NCBI RefSeq assembly: GCF_963921235.1
Contig: NC_086097.1
Coordinates: 184,326,001-184,390,000 of the forward strand
DNA: 64,000 bases
DNA from: Mobula hypostoma
Lineage: Eukaryota
Direction: 5' to 3'
The notes beneath the pieces were generated by a model. That model was given only the letters and a program-made list of their open reading frames with translations, was not told the origin of the DNA and made no database searches. Made by a program: the position numbers and the translations under genes. Below, in pieces: positions 1 to 12,151 of the stretch (the first letter of the stretch is position 1; each line of letters starts with the position of its first letter).

Positions 1-162
1 TTTCCTCCCACAGTTCAAAGACATCCTGGGCAGGTTAACTGTCATTGTAAATTGTCCCGTGATTTGGTTAGGGTTATATCAGCACTGTCGGGGTTTTCTG
101 CGGCAGCGATGCTCAAATGGCTGCAAGGGCCTACGCCACACTGTATCACTAAACAAATAAAA
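1..162 (+). mobile_element. HE1-like V-SINE, 3' part (cut by window start)
   Basis: TTTCCTCCCACAGTTCAAAGAC...GGTTAACTGTCATTGTAAATTGTCCC resembles the V-SINE central domain; ends in a CR1-type tail (AAGGGCCT...CTGTATCACTAAACAAATAAAA). Confidence 0.75.
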
Positions 163-979
163 TCTGTGGCTCCCTGCTTCACCCTTCTGAATGATCTAAC
201 GCTCACCCTTCCTCATTTGGCTTTTTCCCTCCCAACCGTAGGAAATGTCACTTTTTCTTTTATTTTCCCATTTACTCTTTTCCCAGCAAAATGGTTTACA
301 TGCGGTCTTGTTAACTAGCCATGTTGGAGTAACTAAACACAGGAGCTTGCATCAATTTATAATATCAAGTCAGATTTTCTCTCACCATAGATGCTACCTG
401 ACCTGATGGATATTTACAGCAGTCTTATTTAAGACTTACATTAACCACAATGATTTGTCTTTCCATTCCAGCATTTTTAAATGCTTCCGTCTAATGACAT
501 TTCCTCCAGGTCAGTTGGATGCAATCAGCAAGCTTTCCCCAAAATGGCTTTGGTGGTGTGAGCACCATCCCCTTGCCATTGATTTCATTCCTGCTGTTCC
601 GTTTGACCTCTCCAGCTCCCTCACCTCCATCCCTCACTGCATCTGGAAACAAGTTTGATTGATTTCTAATGAATTAAGTTATGGCAAAAGATCCTGGAGC
701 TGCATAGGTGGTTGTTTCGCTTTCCTCAGATACTGCCTGACCTGGTGAGTTTTTCCGGTACGCTTGTGACAGCGAGCTGGGGCTGATTGCTGGCAGTCAG
801 GTCTAGGTGTGCAGCAGAGGCTCGGAGGTGCACACCTGATGCTCCAGCTGCCAGCACAAGTCGCGTCTAGGAAAGATGAGCCTGTCAGAGTCTATAGGGA
901 GTTGTATTTTCGCTTATTAGTTGGCAGATGAAGCAAACAAAATACTAGGGTGAGAAACCCGTAGTGCTGTTACCTGCAC

Positions 980-1285
980 CAACATCCTTTCAGACATGCT
1001 TGTGCATTTGCACATCTTATCATACATTTTATTTACTTAGTTATTTATTGTCTATTTTCTTGTCTATTATTTATTGTAATGCCTGTACTGTTCTGTGTAC
1101 TTTATGCAGTCCTGGGTAGGTCTGTAGTCTAGTGAAGTTTTTGTGTTGTTTTACGGAATTCAGTGTAGTTTTTGTATTGTTTCATGTAGCACCATGGTCC
1201 CGAAAAGGTTGTCTCATTTTTACTGTGTACTGCACCAGCAGTTATGGTCGAAATGACAATAAAAAGTGACTCGACTTGACTTATT
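980..1285 (+). mobile_element. Rex1/Babar-type LINE 3' UTR fragment
   Basis: T-rich UTR ending GAAATGACAATAAAAAGTGACTCGACTTGACTT (polyA signal plus short-repeat tail). Confidence 0.55.
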
Positions 1286-2242
1286 TATGAGGTTAAAGAA
1301 GAGATGAAAAAAAATCTTTAAAATGGGTTGCAGCAGTTTATGTAACTTAGCTTCTAGTAAGTAAAAAATAAATCCAATGTGTCAGTGCTTGTCAAAAATG
1401 CAGTATGGATACAGCACAATTTTTAGTAAGATGTGCATTTTTTTCATTGTGTGACATATGTTTTCTGATACAAGGTAATATATGGCTTTACTTAATGTTT
1501 ACATGCACACGACATGACATCATGAGAGAGATGCATGCATTTGTATATTTGAAAATGGGAGTGAGACATCATTTATATGACATCCACCTGCAGGATGTGC
1601 AGGTGCTCCACAGGTGCATCCTGACAATACAGTCCCAGTTTGCTTCCAGCTCCTCTACTGTTGTTCTGCATTCTTCTGTTTGTTTTATTTAGGGGTAGCC
1701 ATGCATGCACACCTGTATGTCTGCTTTGAAAAACAAATGATCCTATTGCCTGATATTGTTACATCACATTAAAAATAGAATACAGCCTCTGTGTTTCACA
1801 CAGTTCATAGCAAATGTTAGATTAAAATTAATGATGTTTAAAATAGCACAATGCTGCTTCAACCTTAATCCAATTTGTTTCAACAGATAGCCTATAATAT
1901 GTAATTATCTGTGGCAGGTAATGAAGAAATGTTATGGGTTATCAAAAATATCTTTTAATTTTAATATTTATGGCAAAGAAAATGTTATGGACAAATTATA
2001 ATGTCAACATTCAAAGTAATAAATAAAGTCATGATCTGCTAATTGCAGTAAATGTTTGGATAAAATGCCTACAGTATTGCAATTGAAAATCCAAATATTA
2101 TATGATGTTTTAATTACTGCTGAGTTAGATATTTAATTCACGCCTTTAGTAGTAGCAGTAAACTTGAAGGCACAAACATCCTTATACGATTGTTACTCAA
2201 AGTAGAATTTGTATAAAGCAAAAAGATTGTAAATGAAAAACA

Positions 2243-2330
2243 ATAATTTTTGGGAGTAAATGCCTTAATGGAAAAGAACTACACGATAATTTTTGGAAGT
2301 AAATGCCTTGATGGAAAAGAACTACATGAT
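2243..2330. repeat. 43-bp tandem duplication
   Basis: ATAATTTTTGGGAGTAAATGCCTTAATGGAAAAGAACTACACG at 2243, repeated at 2286 with 3 substitutions. Confidence 0.95.
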
Positions 2331-2544
2331 TATGAAGATTGTTACCATTTTCTTCTGAGACTGAAGGATGTGTTATAGCACTTAGTTTCATTTTTATCTT
2401 TGGATGAGTGAAAATGGAGTCAATAGATGAACTTCCCTGGCAAGCAACAGGTCAAAGGAGATTTTCAAGTTTATGTACAGATTCATTATTCTTCTTACAG
2501 CTATGGCAAAGGGATAGGAATCAAAATTTAAAAAAGGTAATTCG

Positions 2545-2700
2545 TATTTCCATAATGTTTGTAGACAGTAGTTTTATCGATATTGTGAGTAATATTTTAT
2601 TATGGATTTATTGCGTATGCCCACAAAAAATGAATCCCAGGGTTGTATATGGTGACATTAGGGTTAAATTCCATTGATAAAATTTACTTTAACTTTAATA
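2545..2700 (+). mobile_element. Rex1-type 3' tail fragment
   Basis: ATGCCCACAAAAAATGAATCCCAGGGTTGTATATGGTGACA...GATAAAATTTACTTTAACTTT matches the tail of the Rex1 copy ending at ~9705. Confidence 0.65.
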
Positions 2701-2964
2701 TTTCAGCATTTTGTATTCTGTTGGGGAATCTGAGTTTTGTTTCCAATGATGTTATTAGTTATTTAATACTTTAGCCTTACTAAAACAAAGTGCTTTATGA
2801 AATTGAGGAAATGAATTTGTCTGAAGATTGTTTTGTAACTTCTAATGGGAGCCATGGAAAGCACAGAAGGAAGTCAAAATTTCAGGTATTGCAACACTCT
2901 TCCATCAAAGTTAAAGCAGATACTATGAAAGAGGAAGATTTGTGCTCTTGAGATGCTGAAAAAC

Positions 2965-4566
2965 TTACTGTTGTACTTATTTTAAGAAGGGTGCAAGGAC
3001 AAGCCAGTGAGCCCATCAGTGGTGGGAAGGCTACTGCAAGGGATTCTGAGAGAAAAGTTCCATCTGCATTTGGAAAGACAAGAACTGGTTAGGAATTGTC
3101 AGCATGGCTTGTTATGTGGAAAATCCACGTCCCACAAATTGTATTCATTTTTTAAAGAGGCAATCAAGAGGATTAATGAGTGTACTTATCTATATGGACT
3201 TCAGCAATGGCTTTGACAAGGTCCTGCACAGTAGGCTGGTCTAGAAGATAGATCACATGAGATCGAGGGCAGGTAATCAATTGTCAGAGGTGATAGTAGA
3301 GGGTTGTTTGACTAATTGGAGGCCTGTGACCAGAGACATGCTGCAGAGGTTGGTATAAGGTTCCATGCTGTGGTCCCATTTGGTTCAAAATGTAAGTGAC
3401 ATGATTAGTAGGTTTGTAAAGAAGAGAGAGAGAAATTGCCTTTAAACTCACGAGAGAGCATAGGCCATCAACTTTTTGCTGTTATGTTTCTGTAGCAGGC
3501 AATTTCTTTTTTACGAGGTTGAGTTGCTAGTTCGACGCTCAACCCAGCACAGATGGAAAGCGTGCACGGACCTTCTGCCTCAAAGCCCAGCGCTGATGCC
3601 ACTACACCACCAGCTGGTAGTAGGTTTATGGATGGCACCAATATTGGTGGTGTGGACAGTGAAGATGGTTGTCTAAGTTTTCAGAAGAATCTATATCAAC
3701 TGGGAAAACAAGCCAAGGAATGACAGATGGAACTTAACTCAGACAAGTGTGAGATATTGCACTTTGGGCAGTTAATCCAGGCCAGGACTGACATGGTGAA
3801 TGGTGTAGAGTGTTGTAGATCAGCAAGACCTGGAATACATGTTCATAGTCCCCTGAAAGTGGTGGTGCAGTTAAACAAGATGATGAAGAGTTAAGGCATA
3901 CTTGTCTTCATTGGTCAAAGCATTGTATACAAGAGATGGGATGTCATTTTATAGCTGAACAGGAGTTTAACTGTGAATGAGATTGCATTTGGAGAATTGT
4001 TTGCAGTTCCAGACACCATAAAATAAGGATGTGATCATGCAATAGAAGGTGGAAAAAAGATTCACAAGGTTGTTGCTGGGGCTTGTGCTCTAAGGAGAGA
4101 CTACATAGACTGTGAATGTTTTTCCTGGGGTGAATGTGACTGAGCGATGACTTTATGGAGTTAATAAAATCATGAAAGAAATAGGTAAGGTGAATGATCA
4201 CAATTTTTATCCCAGGGTGAGAAAGTCTAAAATTAGAGGGTGTAGGCCTAAGGTGAGGGGCCTTGGTAAGGTTTTTTTAATGGGTGGTTATGGGTATATA
4301 GAACGAGCCCTCTAAGAAAGTGCTTTTTTTAAAAAAATAGCCAGCTAGCATATAAAACCAAAAACGTTTTTGTTGCTATTGATTTCCAGATAGATTAAAA
4401 TTAGTTTTCAAATATAAAATCTACACGACATCTGAACAGGCATATGGATAGGAAAGGTTCAGGGGATAGGGCTCTAACTCAGGCAAACAACTGTATGTCA
4501 AGTAGGCATCTTGGTTGGTCAAAGGGCATGTTCCATGCTGTATAACTCTGTGACTCTATGATTCTA
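2965..4566 (+). mobile_element. Decayed CR1 LINE (RT region and 3' tail)
   Basis: ORF remnant SVVGRLLQGILREK...QHG; nucleotide match to the YMDFSKAFDKV region; tail CTGTATAACTCTGTGACTCTATGATTCTAT. Confidence 0.85.
3418..3617 (-). mobile_element. tRNA-derived SINE inserted in CR1
   Basis: Minus strand begins CCAGCTGGTGGTGTAGTGGCATCAGCGCTGGGCTTTGAGGC (tRNA A-box-like); simple-repeat tail; TSD TAGTAGGTTTGT (3406-3417) / TAGTAGGTTTAT (3618-3629). Confidence 0.75.
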
Positions 4567-4979
4567 TCAAATCATCAATCTGCAGCTGAAGAGGATCATC
4601 AAAGAACCAAGCCCCTCAGCTCTTGTTCTGCCTCACGACAATATCTTGATTCTGTTTTAAAAATCACTTTCTATTAATTTTACTGTAAACCATTGGGGCA
4701 ATCACCTCAGAAATATTTCCAATTTAAATCCTACAACTTTCTTAAAATGACAATTTTCTTTGTGTAATTTTTATTGAAAATAAGCACTTTTATAAATAAA
4801 ATCTTTTCTTTCCCTTTGTTTTTCAGATATCAGCCCAGTTTACCATCTGAAAACTGTTGGGCCTGAGCTGATGATCTCTGACAAAATCGTATATTTAAGT
4901 GGAGTAGACATAACGATTCATATCTTGCATTAAGAATATGGACAGGCTTAACACCTTTTGGAAATATTTCAGAATAAAT

Positions 4980-7070
4980 AAGACCATAAGGCATAGGAGC
5001 AGATTTAGGCTATTTGGCCCATCAAGTCTGCTCTGCCATTCAATCATGGCTGATCCTTTTCTCCTCCTCATCCCTACGCCCTGGCCTTCTCCCCATAACC
5101 TTTGATGCTGTAGCCATTCAATAACCTATCAATCTCTGCCTTAAGTACACCCAATAACCTGGCCTCAAGAGTTGCCATAAATTCACCACACTCTGGCAAA
5201 ACAAATTTCTCCACACCTCTGTTTTAAAGGACTCCCCTCTATCCTCAGGCTATGCCCTTTTGGTCTAGATTCCCCCACCATGGGAAACATCCTTTCCACA
5301 TCTACTCTCTCTAGGATGTTCAACATTCAAAAGATTTCAATGAGATCCGTCTCATCCTTTTAAATTCCAATGAGTTCAGGCTCAGAACCATCAAATGTTC
5401 CCCATATGATAACCCTTTCATTCCTGGAGTCATCCTTGTGTACCTCCTCTTAAACTTCTCCAATTCCAGCATATCTTTTCTTAGATGAGGAGCCCACACT
5501 GTTCACAATGCTGTAGGTGAGGCCTCACCAGTACCATGTAAAACTCAGCATCCCATCCCTGCTCTTTTTTTCTTGACCTCTTGAAATGAATGCTGATGTA
5601 GCATGTCTTACTCACCACTGACTCCACCTGCAAGTTAACCTTTAGGATGTTCCGCACAGGGACCCTTTGCATCTCAGGTTTTTAGATTTTCTCCCCGTTT
5701 AGAAAAAAAATTGCATATTTGTTTTTTGCTACCAAAATGCATGACCTTGCATTTTCCAACATTGTATTTAATTTACCACTTTCTTGCCCATTCTCCTAAT
5801 CTGCAGCCTTCCTGTTTCCTCAACGATACATGCCTGTCCACCAATCTTCATATCATCTGCAAATAGATGGCAACAAAGCCATTTATTCCATCATCCAAAT
5901 CATTGATACACAGCATAAAAAGAAACAGTCCCAAGACCGACCCTTGTGGAACACCACTAGTCACTGGTGGCCAACCAGAAAAGGATCTTTTTATTCGCAC
6001 TCGCAGGCTCCTATAATTCAGCCAATTTTCTAACCATGCTAGTAACTTTTCTGTAATACCATAGACTCTTAATTTGGTAAGCAGCCTCATGTGTGGTGCC
6101 TTGTCAAAGCCCTTCTGAAAATCCAAATATACAACATTCTCTGCATCCCCTGTATTTATCCTACTTGTAATCTCCTCAAAGAATTCCAACAGGTTCATCA
6201 GGCCAGGTTTTCCCTTAAGAAAACCATGCTGATTTTGTCCTATCTTGTCCTGTGTCACCAAGTACTCCATAACTTTATCCTTAACAATTGACTCCAACAT
6301 CCTCCCAACTACTGAGGTTGAGCTAACCAGTCTATAATTTCCTTTCTGCTGCCTCCATCCTGTCTTGAAGAGTGGAGTGACATTTGCAATTTTCCAGTCC
6401 CATGCCAGATTCTAATGATTCTTGAAAGATCATTACTAATGTTTCCAGAATCTCTAATGCTACCTCTTTCAGAACCCTAGGGTGTCATTCACCTGGTCCT
6501 GGTGTCTTATGTACCTTTAGGCCTCTCAGCTTTTTGAGCACTTTCTCCCTCGTGATAGTAACTGCACTCATTTCTCTTTCTTCACATCCTTCAACACCTG
6601 GCACACTGCTTGTGTTTTCCATAGTGAAGACTGATACAAAATACTCATTCGTTCATCTGCCATCACCTTGTTTCCCATTATTATTTCACTGGCCTCATTA
6701 TCCACTCTCATCTCTCTTTTATGTTTTATATACTCTCTTATTTTTTATTTTCTATCCACCTTGATATTGTTTGCTGGCTAGTTCATCTTTTTCCTTATGA
6801 TTCTTTATTTGATTTCAAAGCTTCCCAATCCTCTTATCTTCCCACTAATTTTTGCTTTGTTGTATGCCCTCTCTTTTGCTTTTACATTAGCTTTGAGTTC
6901 TCATGTCAGCCATAGATGTACTATCTTGCCATTTGAGTATTTCCTTGTTTTTTTTTTGAATATATCTATCCTGCACCTTCCTCATTTTTTCCCAGGAACT
7001 CAAGCCATTGCTGCTCTTCTGTCATCCCTGACAACATCTCCTTCCAATTTACTTTGGCCATCTCCTCGCT
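4980..7070 (-). mobile_element. CR1 LINE, 5'-truncated and frameshifted
   Basis: ORF 5848-6300 has QHGFLKGK, VYLDFQKGFDK, GVPQGSVLG, INDLDDG; CR1 tail at 4980. Confidence 0.92.
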
Positions 7071-7444
7071 GACTTTACTTTCTCCCTATCAACTTTCATA
7101 TTGAATTCATTCACGTGAAATTTGGACATCTCCTGACAGCTCCTTAAGCTCCCTATATATAACTTATATAATAAATTCAGATTTATACACACAGACAGTT
7201 AAAATTGCATTGGAATGGAAGTTACTTCTCCTTCATGGACTGTCCATAAAAATATTTGTCCACAGGTTCTTAATATCAGTGCAAAGCTGTGAATTTGTGT
7301 GATTTGTTCTCTAGTTGTAACCAATAATCTTACCAGAAAATATAAGCTTTGTTTATTTTATTTGTCAGTCTCTTATATCTTTTTATCTTAATACTGCCTT
7401 CCTTTTCTAGTCTTTCTTTCATTTACAGTGAAAGAACATTGGAC

Positions 7445-9709
7445 AATGAAGAGTTGGCCGCAGGAAGCAGAGGAAAGGCTGTAGAGTTGATTCAAATTGG
7501 CGAAAAGGGCCATATTCAAGGATTCATCAGGGGATCTGAATAAATACGCCACGGTTGCCACAGGCTTTATAAAATCAGTCCTAGACAAATGTATCTCCAC
7601 AGAACCATTCAGAGCCTTCCCAGTCCAGAAGCCCCGAAAGAACCTTGAGATTCGCAAACTGCAAAGGACCAGGTCAGTGGCATTCTGTTCTGGGACTAAG
7701 TAAGATACATGGAGTCTAGTTGTGATCTCCAGAAAGCCATTGAACATGCAAAGTGGCAGTTGCAGACCAAACATGAATCACTGAAGGATGTTTGACAGCT
7801 GTGGCACTCTTACCAAGTGAAACCAGGTGGCAGAAGAAAAAGCATTTCAGGATGAATGTTGTGTACATTGCTCTGACATTAAATTGGATCTTTGAACCTT
7901 TGAGCAGGGCTTTGCTCCCTGATGAGCTCCATGCCTTCTAAACTTGCTTTGACCATCAAAACATGGAGGAAACGATGTATTCTGATGGCCCCAATAACCG
8001 TGTGTTTTCAGTCTCTGAGGGTGACATGAGGGCATCCGGCAGGAGGGTGAACCCATAGAAACCATTCAGCCCAGATGGGGTACCTAGCCGAGACTAAAGA
8101 CTTGTACTGATCGTCTGGCTGGAGTGTACCTTTAACCTCTCACTTCAGCAGTCTGAGGTACCCACCTGGTTCAAACAGGCTTCAATTACACCGGTGTTTA
8201 AGAAGAACATGATAATTTGCCCCAATGGCTAGAGACAAGTAGCACTTACATACACTGTGATGGAGTGCTTTGAGAGTTTGGTGATGAAACATATCATCTC
8301 CTACCTGAGAAGTGATTTGGATCTGATCCAATTTTCTTACCATCACAACAGGTCCACAGCAGATACAATTTCATTGGCTCATCACTCAACCACAGAACAT
8401 CTAGGCAGCAAAAATACATACATCAGGATGCCTTTAGCAACCACAGCTTGGAATTCAAACCTATCATCTCCTCAAAACTAATCAATAAGCTTCAAGAGCT
8501 CAGCCTCAATACTTCCTTGTACAATTGAATCCTCAATTTCTTCATTTGCAGGCTCCAGTCAGTTCGGACTGGCAAAATTTCCTCCACAATCTCCATCAGC
8601 ATGGGTGCACCACAAGGCTGTGTGCTTAGCCCCCTACTCTACTCCCTTTACACTTATGACAGCGTGGCTAAGCTTAGCTCCAATGCCATATTTAAGTTTG
8701 TAGACAACAACACTGCTATTGGCCAAATCAAATGTGATGTTGAATCAACATATAAGAGGGAGATTAAAAATTTGGCTGAGTGGTGGCACAACGACAACAT
8801 CTCGCTCAACGAAAGCATGACCAAAGAGCAGAATATTGGCTATAGGAGGAGGAAACCGAGGTCCATGGACCAGTCCTCATTGGGGGAGATCAGAAGTGGA
8901 GAGGATCAGTAACTTTAAATTCCTCAGTGTTATCATGTCAGAGATTCTGTCCTAGGCCTAACATGTAAATGCAAATACGAAGCACAACAGTGCCTCTACT
9001 TCCTTACACAGGCAAGAGAAAATCTGCAGATGCTGGAACTCCAAGCAACACACACAAACTGTTGGAAGAACTCAGCAGGCCAGGCAGCATCTATGGAAAA
9101 AAAAATACAGTCGACATTTCGGTCTGAGACCCTATGGAAGGGTCTTGGCCTGAAACATTGATTGTACTTTATTTTGTAGATGCTGCCTGGCCTGCTGAGT
9201 TCCTCCAGCATTTTGTATGTGTTGCTGTACTTCCTTAGAATTTGACAAATTTCTATAGATGTAAGGCGGAGAATATATTGACTGGTTGCATTAATAGCTG
9301 GTATGGAAATATTATTGCCCTTGAATGGGAAATCATGCAAAAAGTAATGGAAATGGCCCAATCTTATCACTAGTTTCAGGAACAGTTATTACCCCTCACC
9401 CATCAGGCTTTTGAGCTAGTGGGAATATTTCACTCTAATTCACTCACCACATCACTGAACTGTTCCCACAACCTATGGACTCACTTTCAAGGACTCTTCA
9501 TCTCATGTTCTCTGTACTTATTACTTTTTTTTCTTTTTTATTTGCACAGTTTGTTATCTTTAACACATTGGTTGTTTATCTGTCCTGTGGGGTGCGGTTG
9601 TACATTGTTTCTATTATGTTTCTTGGATTTACTGCTTATGCCTACAAGAAAATGCTTCTCATGGTTTATGTGGTACGTACTTTGATAATAAATTTACTTT
9701 GAAGTTTGA
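7445..9709 (+). mobile_element. Rex1/Babar LINE, decayed
   Basis: Remnants [55 protein letters not shown]; tail ATAAATTTACTTTGAAGTTTGA. Confidence 0.9.
9007..9227. mobile_element. Fold-back non-autonomous element made of two inverted Penelope termini
   Basis: The two arms are reverse complements centred at ~9135 inside the hammerhead core; 10-bp TSD TACTTCCTTA (8997-9006 / 9228-9237). Confidence 0.85.
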
Positions 9710-9769
9710 TTTTCTGTAAGTAACTAGAATGAAATTTTTGCTTCCTATTTTTGTAGGTCGATGAATTTA

Positions 9770-10420
9770 CACTCAGTGGCCACTTTATTAGGTACACCTG
9801 TATACCTGCTCTTAAATGCAAATATCTATTAGCCAAAAATGTGGTAGCAACTCAATGCATAAAAGCATCCAGACATGGTCAAATGCACCTATACCTCAGG
9901 GGCTGTAGCGATTCAAGAAAGCAGCTTCTCAAGGGCAACTAGGGACGGGCAATAAATGCTGGCTTAGCTGTTGATGCCCACATCCCATAAAGTATTAAAT
10001 AAAAAATAAAAATAAAGTGGTTCCGGCACATGGTAATAAGGAAGAAATGTGATCTAAGTGGCTTTGACCGTGGAATGAATGATTGTTGGTGCCAGATGGG
10101 GTGGCTTGAGTATCTCAGAAACCACTGATCTCTTGAGATTTTCAGGCACAAGAGTCTCTATAATTTACAGAGAATGGTGTGAAATAGAAACATCCAATGA
10201 GTGGCAGTTCTTTGAATGAAAATGCCCTGTTAATAAGATATGTCAGAGGAGAATGGCCAGACTGGTTCAAGTTGACAGAAGGTGTTAGTAACTCAAATAA
10301 CCTAATCTTACAGCAGCTCTGTGCAGAAGAACATCTCTGAATGCACAACACATCAAACCTTGAAGTGGATGGACTACAACAACAGAAGACCACAAGCATA
10401 CACTCAGTGGCTACTGAGTG
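9770..10420 (+). mobile_element. Tc1-family non-autonomous derivative (TIR and N-terminal transposase remnant)
   Basis: TA followed by CACTCAGTGGCCACTTTATTAGGTACACC TIR; degenerate HTH-region coding sequence (KKCDLSGFDRGM.IVGAR..GLSISET.DLL.FS) at ~10040-10390; collapsed TIR palindrome at 10401-10420. Confidence 0.85.
9883..10017 (+). mobile_element. LINE/SINE 3' tail inserted in the Tc1 element
   Basis: TTCTCAAGGGCAACTAGGGACGGGCAATAAATGCTGGC...GATGCCCACATCCCAT plus an A-rich tail interrupts the Tc1 sequence. Confidence 0.65.
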
Positions 10421-10740
10421 GCCTAAGGTAGAAGGAGATGAGTTATTAACTTCAAACTTCCTGCATAATCACTCAATGAGTTGAATTGGACATTCATGTA
10501 ACAAGAGCAGTATAACTCGTCTTTTTCTACTTTAGACCACGAACTTATCAATCACCCCTGCTGTGGACCACTTCTGGAGGTCCAAGACGCCAACTTCTAC
10601 AAAGAAGGGATCCGTATGCTACACAACCGCTGAACTAACTGTGTAAATGTAGGAGGGGACTATGTTGAAAAATAAATGTGCTAGGTTTTCTGAAATTGAC
10701 TCCTTCTACCTTAGGCCACGAACTTATCAATCACCACTCA
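10418..10740 (+). mobile_element. Mariner-derived MITE with a transposase C-terminal remnant
   Basis: Inverted repeat GTGGCCTAAGGTAGAAGGAG / CTCCTTCTACCTTAGGCCAC, followed by TA at 10741; 10575-10675 translates LEVQDANFYKEGIRMLHNR*TNCVNVGGDYVEK*, the typical mariner C-terminus. Confidence 0.85.
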
Positions 10741-10760
10741 TATATTTCATTATATAGTCA

Positions 10761-11495
10761 GAGTTCGAAAGTTCAAATTTATTATCAAACTAAGTATATG
10801 ATATATAACCTTAAGATTCATCTTCATGCAGGCACTCACAAAATAAAGAAACACCATAGAATTCACAAAATAACCCACACACAACAAAGATTGCTACATA
10901 TCTAATGTGCAAAAGAGAACAAATAACACAAGTAATAAAAAAAGTGAACAAATCACATAGAACATGAAGTGCAGGTTCTGTAAAAGTGTGTCCACAGTGG
11001 CAGAGTCGGTTCAGCCCATTCAGGAGCCAATGGCCACAGGACGATAACTGCTCCTGAACCCAGTGGCCTGGGTCCCAAGTCTGCTGCACTTCCTCCCCGA
11101 TGGTAGTAGCAAGGAGATCGGTCCAAAGCAGGCAGACAGCACTGAACACCCATTCGATTTCCACTCTTAGACTCGACGATTTTAATCTTGCTCAATATTT
11201 TAATTGGCATGGAGTAATGGAGCCAAGCGTGGGATCATCTTTCACTATCAGGCGTCGACGCAGTGTCTACCCCCAGCAATAGTCCTCGGGCACCTTCAAG
11301 AGTCTAGTTCGCTGAGTTCCCCAGGAGACTGCAAAGGGGCCAGTTTGCTTAGCTGGCTCTAAAGTACATCCTTTAAAGGGAAATTAAATCTGCGGACTGC
11401 AGCAATTGCAAGTCAGAAGATGTAAATCTATTTGAGTATCGAATAGTTTTGTGATCTGCCTGAAAACATTGCCATTCACCACCAGGCAACCTTGT
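10761..11495 (-). mobile_element. Non-autonomous element with Rex1-type tail
   Basis: Reverse-complemented Rex1 tail at 10761-11000 joined to non-coding GC-richer sequence. Confidence 0.55.
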
Positions 11496-11699
11496 ATAGT
11501 CATTTCAAAACTAAGCTTTTTCTTGATCGTTACCCTTATCACAATCACCAATATTTGCAGGTATTACAGAGTCATACAACATACAAAGTGTGTACCAGCT
11601 ATGAAGCACTGGTCAACAATAATCCTAGACTAATCACTTATTTATTATTCTTCCCAAATTCTTCTCAATTTCACCCCCATCCCACTCCCAACATTCTGC

Positions 11700-11900
11700 C
11701 ATTTATTTATACACTCATGGAAATGATTTACAGTGGCCACTTAATCTACTAATCCATATGTCTTTGGCAAAAGGTAAGGATGGACCAGGAAACTTTCACT
11801 GTCACTGTGAGAATGAACAATATCCACACAGACAACACCTAACATCCGGATTGAATCAGGGTCTCTGGTGCTCTAAGGCAGCAGCTCCAGTAGATGAGCT
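11700..11900 (-). mobile_element. Decayed HE1-like V-SINE
   Basis: Reverse complement of the V domain (ATTTACAGTGGCCACTTAATCTACTAATCCATATGTCTTTGG) and of the tRNA head (GGATTGAATCAGGGTCTCTGGTGCT). Confidence 0.6.
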
Positions 11901-12151
11901 TCCCATTACTCCATTGTGTAGCCCATACCTTGTAAAGTCCAAAATTAAACATTTATATCAAATGATTGAAAGAGTAATGCAGCATGGAATCAGGGGCTTC
12001 AGCCCAACTCATCCTGCCAAACTAAACGTTCATTTACCTATGTTTGGCTGTAACATTTCAAATGCGGGCCTATGTGCTGAGAGATATATGCTCTGCAACA
12101 AAGGCTGTTTCAAGAAAGGTCACTATTCAGGGTCATCCTGCCACTGCAGAT

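Noticed and set aside
2243-2330. CRISPR-like or prokaryotic features
   Set aside because: Simple two-unit tandem duplication without spacers; the sequence is eukaryotic throughout.
4801-4935. Exon after the strong acceptor at 4826 (also 24508, 53248, 58880)
   Set aside because: No convincing donor with an open, recognisable frame; such acceptors are common in AT-rich DNA.
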